Below the pieces are notes generated by a model. The model saw only the letters and a list, made by a program, of their open reading frames with translations, did no database searches and was not told the origin of the DNA. Both the position numbers and the translations under genes were made by a program. From NCBI GenBank assembly GCA_964452165.1, contig CAYVKP010000001.1, forward strand, positions 76,110-140,109: a DNA stretch of 64,000 nt. Direction: 5' to 3'. The stretch comes from an uncultured Gammaproteobacteria bacterium (GTDB taxonomy: Bacteria > Patescibacteriota > Microgenomatia > Levybacterales > GWA1-39-11). Shown one piece after another: positions 18,780 to 27,821 of the stretch (position 1 is its first letter; each line of letters begins with the position of its first letter).

Positions 18780-18815
18780 TTTTGAATTATATCTTGAGGA
18801 CCGAAAGATTGCGAA

Positions 18816-19253
18816 TTATTGAACCACTATTGTCCCTTTTTGGGTTGGGTTGAAGTGGTTGTGGTATCCGTATGTGCCGGGTTTATCAAATGTAAGCTCA
18901 TGGGTCGCGCCGTCCTGGAAGGGCCCAAGATTAAGTGGCGGATAATTTGTGTGAGTGGGATGAGGGTCTGACGATACGGTTGCTGCTGCACCGCTCATAT
19001 TTTTCCACGTTACTTTGGTTCCTGCTTTTATAGTGAGTGTTGCCGGTGAAAATCCATCTTTTGTAAGGGTTACTGTGTTTTCCTCCATCATCATAGCGCC
19101 AGAAGGTGAAGCTGCCGCTGACGGAGCAGGAGTCTCTGTTGGGGTTTGACTTGCGGGAGCCGGTGTCATCGAGCTTTTTTTACCCATCAAATAGTATCCG
19201 CCTACCAAAATTACTACTATTACAACCGCAATCGCAAGCCACTTTGTCATCAC
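18816..19253 (-). CDS. membrane-anchored cupredoxin/plastocyanin-like protein
   Basis: N-terminal TM; FSPATLTIKAGTKVTW, TFDKPGTYGYH, GTIVV. Confidence 0.85.
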   Translation of the reverse strand: MMTKWLAIAVVIVVILVGGYYLMGKKSSMTPAPASQTPTETPAPSAAASPSGAMMMEENTVTLTKDGFSPATLTIKAGTKVTWKNMSGAAATVSSDPHPTHTNYPPLNLGPFQDGATHELTFDKPGTYGYHNHFNPTQKGTIVVQ

Positions 19254-19317
19254 CTAAATATACAGCAATTAATAAATATGTCAAGAAGAATTTGGATAGT
19301 CTTATGTAAGAGGCGGC

Positions 19318-19767
19318 TTACGGCGTGTACTCCTGATAATCGTTGTCGGGAAAGTTAACCCTATCGAACAAAGCAAATTTACGAGGTTTTATTCTGTAGA
19401 GCTTGTGTGGATTTTTGCCAGCAACAAAATCCCGATACCAATCTTGCCCTCTGCTAAATTTATCGGAATATAATTTGGATCCCTTTTCGATTTCGCTTTG
19501 ATCAGTCACTTCCTCTGCGTCCCCTTCAATGGACAGACCCCTAACTATTAAGTTGTCGAATTTGACTGGAATTGCAGCCGCGACTTTTGAATTATTTTTA
19601 ATTTCCATACTATGCCTTGTTTCGGGTTTGCTGATCCAATAAAGGCTTAAATTTTCGTCCGCTGCAAAATAGACGGTGCAATTCCAGGGCTGGTCAGCTA
19701 CGACTGTTGCAACCTGCATCATTCGTGCGGTTTTTAAGTCTTCCTCAATAATCTTTCGTAAATCCAT
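19318..19767 (-). CDS. pyridoxamine 5'-phosphate oxidase-like FMN-binding protein
   Basis: MQVATV, PWNCTVYF, SKPETRHS. Confidence 0.85.
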   Translation of the reverse strand: MDLRKIIEEDLKTARMMQVATVVADQPWNCTVYFAADENLSLYWISKPETRHSMEIKNNSKVAAAIPVKFDNLIVRGLSIEGDAEEVTDQSEIEKGSKLYSDKFSRGQDWYRDFVAGKNPHKLYRIKPRKFALFDRVNFPDNDYQEYTP

Positions 19768-19894
19768 AGCGAAATTATAACATTTTTGTTTTTTATGGAA
19801 ACTGAATTGCTTAACGTTTTCTTACATTTCTCACATTGAAACTCCCGAATTGCTTAGCTAAGATTAAGGTAGATTAAGAATTGGAGGTGAGAAT

Positions 19895-20344
19895 ATGGCC
19901 GAATATATTGAAACAAAAACACAGGAGGTTAGTCACCCAACTGTTGTAAAGACGGTAAAACATGTTGAACCTACTCAGGCTGTCCGCACGGAACATCCTC
20001 AGAAAGTGTTTGAAAAAAAGAAGGTAATTTTTAGGACTTATCAAGTTGTGTGGTACGTGCTCGTTGTAATCGAGGTGATTTTGGGCTTTCGCATGACGCT
20101 TAAAGCACTCGGCGCAAATCCTGCCAGCGGCTTCACAAGTTTTGTCTACGGACTTTCCGATCCACTCGCTTTGCCTTTTAGTGGAATTTTGAGAACAAAT
20201 GTCGTACAGGGATCGGTCTTTGAATGGTCAACGTTAATTGCTGCAATAGTTTACTTTCTAATTGCGCTTGGGATTGTCCAATTCATACAGTTAGTAAAAC
20301 CTGTTAGTCCTCATGAAGTTGAGGAAACTGTTGATAACGCCTAA
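19895..20344 (+). CDS. YggT family membrane protein
   Basis: LGFRMTLKALGANP...LSDPLALPF; SD GGAGGTGA. Confidence 0.8.
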   Translation: MAEYIETKTQEVSHPTVVKTVKHVEPTQAVRTEHPQKVFEKKKVIFRTYQVVWYVLVVIEVILGFRMTLKALGANPASGFTSFVYGLSDPLALPFSGILRTNVVQGSVFEWSTLIAAIVYFLIALGIVQFIQLVKPVSPHEVEETVDNA

Positions 20345-20358
20345 GGAGGTGATTTATT

Positions 20359-20502
20359 TTGACACTTGGAATAGGGAATCTTAATCCTGTTGTTTCAATC
20401 ATTTTTGGAATTTTAATTTTGGTATTTCCAAAGTTTTTAAATTATTTAATTGCGGCATTCTTGATTATTTCAGGACTTTTGGCGCTTGGAATAATTAGAT
20501 AG
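20359..20502 (+). CDS. DUF3096-like small membrane protein (47 aa, absent from the ORF track)
   Basis: SD AAGGAGGTGA, TTG start, MTLGIGNLNPVVSIIFGILILVFPKFLNYLIAAFLIISGLLALGIIR. Confidence 0.8.
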   Translation: MTLGIGNLNPVVSIIFGILILVFPKFLNYLIAAFLIISGLLALGIIR

Positions 20503-20554
20503 TTCTGCACAGAATGCTCAATGAGAGGTGGGGCTTCTGATATAATCTGATTTT

Positions 20555-21352
20555 GTGACAAAGATAATTGAGGTAACAAATCTTACTAAAAAGTTTAAGG
20601 AAGTAAACGCCGTATCCGATATTTCCTTTGACGTCCAAACCGGCGAGATATTTGCATTTTTGGGCCCAAATGGCGCAGGAAAGTCCACGACCATAAAGAT
20701 GCTCACAACCCTTCTTTCTCCAACGTCTGGACAGATGTCGCTCGCAGGAGCTGACCCTGCTAAAAACCAGGAAAAGGCAAGGCGTGCTTTCGGGATAGTT
20801 TTTCAGGATCCAAGCCTCGATGACGACTTGACTGCGCTCGAGAATATGCAGTTTCACGCAATTTTATACAGCGTTGCCGCAGATATTCGCGACAAGAGGA
20901 TTCAGGAACTTATGGAGTTTGTCGAGCTTTGGGATAGACGCAATGACTTGGTAAAAACCTTTTCGGGAGGCATGAAAAGAAGACTTGAGATTGCCAGAGG
21001 ACTTTTGCATCACCCCAAGATTTTGTTTTTGGATGAGCCAACCCTTGGCCTTGACCCTCAGACGAGAAACCATATGTGGAATTACATAAGAAACATAAAT
21101 AAATCAGAAAAAATGACCGTCTTTTTCACTACTCATTATATGGAAGAGGCTGAAAAAATTGCTAAAAGAATTGCGATTATCGACCATGGAAAAATAATCG
21201 CAATGGGAACGCCCACCGAACTCAAGAAAAAAACCGGCACAAAAAGTCTTGAGGAAGCATTCCTTAAATTAACGGGCTCAGCGATTCGTGAAGAAGAAGC
21301 AGGGTCGGCTGACGCAATGCGCAACATGAGAAGAATGTGGAGGGGAAGATAA
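20555..21352 (+). CDS. ABC transporter ATP-binding protein (DrrA-like)
   Basis: GPNGAGKS, FSGGMKRR, LDEPT. Confidence 0.95.
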   Translation: MTKIIEVTNLTKKFKEVNAVSDISFDVQTGEIFAFLGPNGAGKSTTIKMLTTLLSPTSGQMSLAGADPAKNQEKARRAFGIVFQDPSLDDDLTALENMQFHAILYSVAADIRDKRIQELMEFVELWDRRNDLVKTFSGGMKRRLEIARGLLHHPKILFLDEPTLGLDPQTRNHMWNYIRNINKSEKMTVFFTTHYMEEAEKIAKRIAIIDHGKIIAMGTPTELKKKTGTKSLEEAFLKLTGSAIREEEAGSADAMRNMRRMWRGR

Positions 21353-22098
21353 TGGGATCAATCTATATTTTGTGGCTAAGACAAGTTAAAAAATACTTCA
21401 GATCAAGGTCTAGAATTATAGGTTCACTTGGTCAACCGCTTTTATTTCTTCTTGCTTTCGGCTTTGGATTCGGATCAATTTATGCAAGGGCTGGAGCAGG
21501 GAACTATATTCAATTTTTGGGACCCGGAATAATTTTGATGAGTGTTTTATTTACTGCGATTTTCTCGGGAATCGAAGTTATCTGGGATAGACAGTTTGGA
21601 TTTTTAAAAGAAACAATGGTTGCGCCAGTTCCGAGAATTAAGATTATGTTAGGCAGAACTCTTGGAGGAGCTACTGTTGCGTCGATTCAGGGTCTAATTG
21701 TTTTTATCTTAACTCTTATTGTAGGTTTTAGACCACATAGTTTGGTTGCGCTGCCGATTGCTGCTGTTTTTGTTTTTTTATCAGCCTTGCTTTTTACATC
21801 TCTTGGAACAGCTCTTGCATCAGTTCTTACAGACATGCAGGGTTTTCAGCTTATCATGAACTTTCTAGTCATGCCTATATTTTTCTTATCGGGCGCGCTT
21901 TTTCCTCTCCAGGGACTTCCCGGGGTTATGGAAGTTGTAACAAAATTTGATCCCTTAAGTTACGGCGTAGATGGACTCCGGGGCGCTCTTATAAACACCT
22001 CGAGCTTTGGAATAGCCACAGATTTTATCGTCCTTGCCATCTTGACTGTAATTTTGCTTGGAATCGGAAGCTATCTTTTTGAAAGAATCCAAATTTAA
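21352..22098 (+). CDS. ABC-2 type exporter permease
   Basis: DRQFGFLKE, FLSGALFP, PLSYGVDGLR. Confidence 0.92.
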   Translation: MGSIYILWLRQVKKYFRSRSRIIGSLGQPLLFLLAFGFGFGSIYARAGAGNYIQFLGPGIILMSVLFTAIFSGIEVIWDRQFGFLKETMVAPVPRIKIMLGRTLGGATVASIQGLIVFILTLIVGFRPHSLVALPIAAVFVFLSALLFTSLGTALASVLTDMQGFQLIMNFLVMPIFFLSGALFPLQGLPGVMEVVTKFDPLSYGVDGLRGALINTSSFGIATDFIVLAILTVILLGIGSYLFERIQI

Positions 22099-22823
22099 GC
22101 GATACTTCTTCCGCCGTCGACCGGAAGAACAACTCCCGTCGTAAAATCTGAATCAAGAAGGTACAAAACAGCCTTTACTATTTCTTCTGCTCCTCCCCAT
22201 TTACCAAGTGGAGTTTTAGCAAGAACTTCACGGTTCTCGTCTTCTGTCAAACCAGGCGGCATAAGAATTGGACCCGGTGCGATGGCATTAACTGTAATCT
22301 TAGGAGCAAGTTCGCGGGCAAGAGTTTTTGTAATAGAATCGATAGCGGCTTTGGCTGCGTTATAAACGAGGTAATCGGGAAAGGGGGATCGTAGCACTGA
22401 CCAATCTGAGAAGAAAATTATTTTTCCACCCCTATCTTTCATAGGTAAACCCACTTCTTGACCCAGTAAGATTGCCGAACCGGCAATTGCTGAAAAGATT
22501 GCGGCAATCGCAGTCTCGTTGATTTGGCCAAGAGGAGTTTTGGGGTAGGGGGCAGCCATATGAACAAGGCCATCTATTTTTCCAAACTCATGCGTGACAC
22601 TCTCCACTAAATTCTTGATATCTGATTGCTTTGAAATGTCAGCTTTTATTAGCATGGAACGAACCCCTGTATCTTTAATTTGATTTACCAAGCTTTCCGC
22701 CTCTTCTTTTGAAGAATTGTAGGCGATAGCAAGATTTGCGCCTCGGCGGGCAAGTGCAATCGCAACATCGCGACCAATTCTCTTTGCCCCTGTTATTAAG
22801 ATGGTTTTATTTTTAATATCCAT
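22095..22823 (-). CDS. SDR oxidoreductase (pteridine reductase-like)
   Basis: TGAKRIG, YNAAK, VNAIAPG, VDGGR. Confidence 0.9.
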   Translation of the reverse strand: MDIKNKTILITGAKRIGRDVAIALARRGANLAIAYNSSKEEAESLVNQIKDTGVRSMLIKADISKQSDIKNLVESVTHEFGKIDGLVHMAAPYPKTPLGQINETAIAAIFSAIAGSAILLGQEVGLPMKDRGGKIIFFSDWSVLRSPFPDYLVYNAAKAAIDSITKTLARELAPKITVNAIAPGPILMPPGLTEDENREVLAKTPLGKWGGAEEIVKAVLYLLDSDFTTGVVLPVDGGRSIA

Positions 22824-23354
22824 TTAGGTTTTGACTTCCTCTTTAAATTCTCTGAGTAGCTTTTTAATTTTTGGGTCAATTATAACCTTGCAATATCCGT
22901 AATTTGGATTTTTTGCATAAAAGTCTTGATGATACTCCTCAGCTTTATAAAAGTTTTCAAAAGGCACGATTTTAGTGATTATCGAATTTTTATAAACGTG
23001 CTCGTCTTCTATTTTTTTGCGAACCTTCTCCGCTATTTTTTTCTGATCTTCCGAATGACAGAAAATAATCGAGCGATATTGTGTCCCAACATCATATCCC
23101 TGCTGATTTAGAGTCGTTGGGTCATGAAGGTGAAAGAAAATCTCGACAAGTTTTTCATACGAAATGATTTTTGGGTCAAACTCAACCTGAATTGCCTCGG
23201 CGTGCCCCGTCTCACCCTCTGAAACGGCCTCATAATCAGGCTTATCCATGTCACCCCCCGAGTAACCTGAAACAACCGAAACGACTCCTTTTACTCTTTT
23301 GAATATTGCTTCCGTGCACCAAAAACAGCCGCCTGCAAAAGTTGCTTTCTCCAT
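22824..23354 (-). CDS. msrA: peptide-methionine (S)-S-oxide reductase
   Basis: GGCFWC, GYSGG, HDPT, AEEYHQDFY. Confidence 0.96.
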   Translation of the reverse strand: MEKATFAGGCFWCTEAIFKRVKGVVSVVSGYSGGDMDKPDYEAVSEGETGHAEAIQVEFDPKIISYEKLVEIFFHLHDPTTLNQQGYDVGTQYRSIIFCHSEDQKKIAEKVRKKIEDEHVYKNSIITKIVPFENFYKAEEYHQDFYAKNPNYGYCKVIIDPKIKKLLREFKEEVKT

Positions 23355-23357
23355 AGG

Positions 23358-24047
23358 CTAGTATGTTACTACGTGGACTCTTGCTTGGTCAAGATACGCG
23401 GGTGAAGCAAGTTGTGTACGCATTTGGACTTTATAGACATTAGTTCCGGGATCAAGACTAATCACTGAGAAAAGTACGCCTGAAGCGGTTCCACCAGAAT
23501 ATGAAATTGCAGAATTCCAAACTGGATGACCTGCGGTCACATTAAAAAGCTGAACATCAACCGATTCGTTACCGGTTGGAACCCTGATAGAAACTTCAAA
23601 ATTTGTTTGCTTGATCTTGCCATACGCACTGCCGTCTATGGCAACCTGCATCCCCGGGACATCAAACCAGTCGGTCGATGAAGCATATCCCGTACCAAAC
23701 GGAATAAAATACTCTTTTACAGATGCTTTGTTATCGGTCGGAGCTGGGGCGGCTGAGTTTTGAGATGGAATTGCTGCAGCAACCTCCCTCCTGATCTCTT
23801 CTTTGCAATTCTGACCGCAAGCATCTTCTCCTTTTGTAATAACCGTACTTTGCGGTGAAATCGCAGGGGCCTTTTTTTCTCCCGCGATAAATGGCAGAAA
23901 CGGAATATTTGAAGACCCGATAATAATTTTATAGTTCAGGAATAGAAGGTCTGCGACAAGAATTAAGCACAAGATAAAAGCAAATAATGGAAACTTTGGG
24001 TGCTTATGAACAGAAAGGAGTTTGTTGCGAGTTAGAAATTCGCTCAT
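23358..24047 (-). CDS. membrane-anchored hypothetical protein
   Basis: Single N-terminal TM followed by a beta-rich extracellular domain. Confidence 0.75.
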   Translation of the reverse strand: MSEFLTRNKLLSVHKHPKFPLFAFILCLILVADLLFLNYKIIIGSSNIPFLPFIAGEKKAPAISPQSTVITKGEDACGQNCKEEIRREVAAAIPSQNSAAPAPTDNKASVKEYFIPFGTGYASSTDWFDVPGMQVAIDGSAYGKIKQTNFEVSIRVPTGNESVDVQLFNVTAGHPVWNSAISYSGGTASGVLFSVISLDPGTNVYKVQMRTQLASPAYLDQARVHVVTY

Positions 24048-24072
24048 GAATTAAGTATACAAAATCTTGAAA

Positions 24073-25116
24073 CTAAAGAAGAGATGCCTGCTTTGCTGGT
24101 GTTTTTGATCTTATTCCAAGATGCTTATAGGCATCAGGCGTTGCTACCCGTCCTCGGTTTGTTCGCTTAATAAAACCTGTTTGAAGAAGATACGGCTCAA
24201 CTATCTCTTCAATTGTACCAACATCCTCAGCAAGGGACGCCGCAATAGTTTCAACACCCACCGGACCCCCTGCGTGCTTTTCAATTATCGACCGGAGATA
24301 CCTATGATCTAAGTTATCAAGTCCCATTGAATCGACCTCGATTAACCTAAGAGCTTTTTCTGCCAGATCAAACGATATATCTCCTTTACCATGCACTTGA
24401 GCGTAATCTCTTGCTCGTTTCAGGAGGCGAAGCGCAATACGAGGAGTTCCCCTTGCTCTTTTCGCAATTTCCGTGATGGCCTTCTCATCAATCTTAACTT
24501 TGAGTTTTTTGGCAGCTTTTTCAATTATCTTTTCCAGATCAACCGGGTCGTAAAAAATCATTCGATGAACAACTCCGAAGCGATCCCTCAGGGGACCGGA
24601 GAGCATTCCGGCTCTGGTTGTTGCGCCGACTATTGTAAACCTAGGCAAATCAAGGCGAACAGTGCGCGCCGAAGGGCCTTTTCCAATAACGATATCTAAA
24701 GCAAAATCCTCCATGGCAGGATAGAGTGTTTCCTCAACCACTTTGTTTAATCTGTGAATTTCATCAACGAACAAGACGTCTCCGGGTTCAAGATTGGTTA
24801 GAATTGAAGCAAGATCTCCTGCGCGCTCGATTGCGGGACCTGATGTAATACGAATATTGGCTCCCATTTCTTTAGCAATTAAGTGTGAAAGAGTGGTTTT
24901 GCCAAGTCCCGGAGGTCCGTAAAGAAGGACGTGCTCAAGAGGCTCTTTTCTTTTCTTTGCAGCAGATATTCCAATTTGAATTGATTTTTTAACCTGATCC
25001 TGTCCTACAAAATCAGCCCAGTCTGAGACACGAAGCGAGGTGAATACAGCTTCCTCTTCAGGTGTTGTGTTTTCGTCAATAATCGAACCTTTTATTTTTT
25101 TCTTGTCGTCTTTCAT
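24073..25116 (-). CDS. ruvB: Holliday junction branch migration helicase RuvB
   Basis: [31 protein letters not shown]. Confidence 0.98.
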   Translation of the reverse strand: MKDDKKKIKGSIIDENTTPEEEAVFTSLRVSDWADFVGQDQVKKSIQIGISAAKKRKEPLEHVLLYGPPGLGKTTLSHLIAKEMGANIRITSGPAIERAGDLASILTNLEPGDVLFVDEIHRLNKVVEETLYPAMEDFALDIVIGKGPSARTVRLDLPRFTIVGATTRAGMLSGPLRDRFGVVHRMIFYDPVDLEKIIEKAAKKLKVKIDEKAITEIAKRARGTPRIALRLLKRARDYAQVHGKGDISFDLAEKALRLIEVDSMGLDNLDHRYLRSIIEKHAGGPVGVETIAASLAEDVGTIEEIVEPYLLQTGFIKRTNRGRVATPDAYKHLGIRSKTPAKQASLL

Positions 25117-25682
25117 CTGCCTAGGTTTTTAAGCGCTGCTTTTATTTGATTTTCGATTGAAAGGGAACCGTCAATGTTGCGAACCGCTTCATTAATCTCC
25201 GACGCTGTAAATCCGAAGGTCTTAAGAGCGATCGACACTTCACTGCGCGAAGAAATCGAACCATTCGTGAGGTCAATTTCTCCGCCACCTATCTTATTTT
25301 TCAGTTCAATTATTATCTTTTGAGCGTTCTTTGATCCGAGCCTTGGAACAGAAGTGAAAAAGGCTACGTTTCCTTCAAAAATAGCCTGCTTTATCTGATC
25401 TGATGACCCAATTGAAAAAATTCCAATGGCTGTCTTTGGGCCCACACCCGAAACATTAATTAAAGACTCGAATAATTTTAAATCCGAATATTTTAAGAAT
25501 CCATAAAGCTCAAGGATATCTTCGCGGACGTGAGTATAGGTGAAAACCTTCACCTTCGAATCTTGAGGAATAGAAGAGAGAACATCTTGGCTTGCGTGAA
25601 CTTTATAGCCAACACCTGCAACATCAACTATTAGAAATGGGTCATCTCTTATAACTACAGCGCCGTTTAATGAGCCTATCAT
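25113..25682 (-). CDS. ruvA: Holliday junction branch migration protein RuvA
   Basis: [22 protein letters not shown]. Confidence 0.97.
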   Translation of the reverse strand: MIGSLNGAVVIRDDPFLIVDVAGVGYKVHASQDVLSSIPQDSKVKVFTYTHVREDILELYGFLKYSDLKLFESLINVSGVGPKTAIGIFSIGSSDQIKQAIFEGNVAFFTSVPRLGSKNAQKIIIELKNKIGGGEIDLTNGSISSRSEVSIALKTFGFTASEINEAVRNIDGSLSIENQIKAALKNLGR

Positions 25683-25714
25683 TTGCCACTCGATTATATC
25701 ATAGGGTCTTCAGT

Positions 25715-26188
25715 CTAAATTTTTCTTGAGAACCCACAAGCCAGGGCGCAGGCGAGAGCATCACATGTGTCATCCGGCTTTGGAACTTCGGGCAAACCTA
25801 AAAGTATTTTTACCATCTTGCCAACTTGATTTTTTTCAGCGCTTCCGGAGCCTGTTACTGCTACTTTTACTTGAGGTGGAGTATATGAGTAAATTTTCAA
25901 ACCCATTTCCGCTGCCGTCTCGATTACAACTCCCCTTGCTTGCCCAACTATCATTGCTGTTTTAGCGTTTGTATTAAAAAATAATTCCTCGATTCCAAGC
26001 TGCTGAGGCTTATGATCTTTAATAAGTTTTAGAATATGTTTTCTGATCTCAATTAATCTGTCCGGAAGCTCCATTGAAGAAGGAGTCTCAAGACAACCAT
26101 AGTCAATAGCACGACTTTTTGATCCCTGAATTTCAATTACTCCCCAGCCTGTTCTCCCAATCCCGGGATCTATGCCCAAAACAATCAT
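25715..26188 (-). CDS. ruvC: crossover junction endodeoxyribonuclease RuvC
   Basis: LGIDPG, EELFF, GQARG, PDDTCDALA. Confidence 0.97.
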   Translation of the reverse strand: MIVLGIDPGIGRTGWGVIEIQGSKSRAIDYGCLETPSSMELPDRLIEIRKHILKLIKDHKPQQLGIEELFFNTNAKTAMIVGQARGVVIETAAEMGLKIYSYTPPQVKVAVTGSGSAEKNQVGKMVKILLGLPEVPKPDDTCDALACALACGFSRKI

Positions 26189-26787
26189 GAAGCTATTAGA
26201 TCTGAAAGAAGATGTATTGTGCGAATCTCAGGGTCGTCATCTTCCGTTCTTCTATTGATCCAAACCGATTCTACAAAGGGGGCAATTTTTTGAGCAACCT
26301 CATGATTGTCATCGACTACCATCGCGTCCCGTGGTAAAAGCGCAATCGATTCATCTGATAGTTTTCTTGTGTGGACAAAGATGTGCTCTCCTTTGAAATA
26401 TTTCATTATTCCGCATGCATCAAGCTTCCTATTTTGTAGCTCTTCGTTACCCTGGGAGAAAATTCCTAAGGTTTTTGTGCTGGAAAGTTTTTTTAATGTA
26501 TCAACTATCTCAGGGTACAAACATTTTTTATAGATTTGGTTATCGCCGAAGAAAACCCTATCAAGACTTGCAGGATCAGCCTTAAATCTATCTGCCATAT
26601 GAGAGACCATACCCCGTGGAGAAAAGTCACTCCCGAGCTCTAGAGCCGCATAATAATCGGCGTTAGCACGGATTAACTCTTCTTCAACAACTCCCAGAAT
26701 ATTTATAAATCCTGCCCGAATGAGCTCCCCAAACAACTCGGGATCAAATAATGTTCCGTCTATATCAAGCAAGATAAGATCTGACAC
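26185..26787 (-). CDS. HAD-family hydrolase
   Basis: LLDIDGTL, VVDD. Confidence 0.8.
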   Translation of the reverse strand: MSDLILLDIDGTLFDPELFGELIRAGFINILGVVEEELIRANADYYAALELGSDFSPRGMVSHMADRFKADPASLDRVFFGDNQIYKKCLYPEIVDTLKKLSSTKTLGIFSQGNEELQNRKLDACGIMKYFKGEHIFVHTRKLSDESIALLPRDAMVVDDNHEVAQKIAPFVESVWINRRTEDDDPEIRTIHLLSDLIAS

Positions 26788-26852
26788 TACCCAAATTATA
26801 CATCAAGCAAGCAATTCGCGAAATTAGGCCTATATTTGTTATAATTGGGCCT

Positions 26853-27821
26853 ATGGGAAACAAACTTGTAAAATACGTTTTGCAAAACCAGTTTTTAGTT
26901 GCAATCTTAGTTGTTGCGACGGCCTGGTTAATCATTGAAATAAGAGAAGTTCTAATTGCAATATTTGTATCCTACATCTTAATGGCAGCAATCTCCCCTT
27001 ACGTTGAGTTCCTGCAGAGAAACAAAGTGCCAAGACCAATTGCTATTCTAATCCCTTATCTATCGGCCTTTATCTTATTGATACTTCTAGTAGTATCTCT
27101 CCTTCCATTTTTTGTAAGCCAGATACAAAGCCTTGTAGAACATTTTCCTTTTTACCTGGATCAGGCAATAGGTGCTCTTAATCTGTCTTTGAACCGAGAT
27201 CAGCTTAACTCCTTCGCATTCTCGGGAATTGGGAACGCTTTTTCTATAACCGGTAAGGTTTTTGGGGGACTTTTTTCGGGCATCTCTGTCTTTGTGATAT
27301 CTTTTTATCTCTTGTTTTACAAAAACACTGTCAAGAACAACTTTGCCTCGATTTTTCCAAAATCTTCCCGTGATAAAGTTTTGGTAGCGATGACCCAAGC
27401 TGAGGACAAGCTTGGAAATTGGCTAAGAGGCCAAATAATATTGTCGGGATTTATAGGGGTCTTTACTTGGGTTATCTTAACCCTACTGGGGGTAGAATTT
27501 GCCTTACCGTTAGCCGCCCTGGCAGGACTTTTGGAGATAGTGCCAACAATAGGTCCTGTGATTGCCGCTATTCCTGCCGTAGTCGTTGCCCTCACGGTAT
27601 CTCTCCCGCTTGCCGCAATCGTGGCATTTTCATACATCTTAATCCAATTCTTTGAAAGTCATGTCCTGGTACCTAGAATTATGCAGAAAGCCGTAGGACT
27701 TAATCCAATCGTAATTATTGTGGGGATCATAACCGGAGGCAAACTCTTGGGACCAATAGGCGCTCTCCTTGCAATACCGTTTATCTCGCTTCTTATAATC
27801 ACCTACAAAAACCTAGAATAA
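26853..27821 (+). CDS. AI-2E family transporter
   Basis: WLRGQ, EIVPTIGP, LVPRIMQKAVGLNP. Confidence 0.92.
   Translation: MGNKLVKYVLQNQFLVAILVVATAWLIIEIREVLIAIFVSYILMAAISPYVEFLQRNKVPRPIAILIPYLSAFILLILLVVSLLPFFVSQIQSLVEHFPFYLDQAIGALNLSLNRDQLNSFAFSGIGNAFSITGKVFGGLFSGISVFVISFYLLFYKNTVKNNFASIFPKSSRDKVLVAMTQAEDKLGNWLRGQIILSGFIGVFTWVILTLLGVEFALPLAALAGLLEIVPTIGPVIAAIPAVVVALTVSLPLAAIVAFSYILIQFFESHVLVPRIMQKAVGLNPIVIIVGIITGGKLLGPIGALLAIPFISLLIITYKNLE

Noticed and set aside
20533-20546. GCTTCTGATATAAT matching the right half of the repeat
   Set aside because: It lacks the TTGT-N2-ACAA half and is explained as an ordinary extended -10 promoter.
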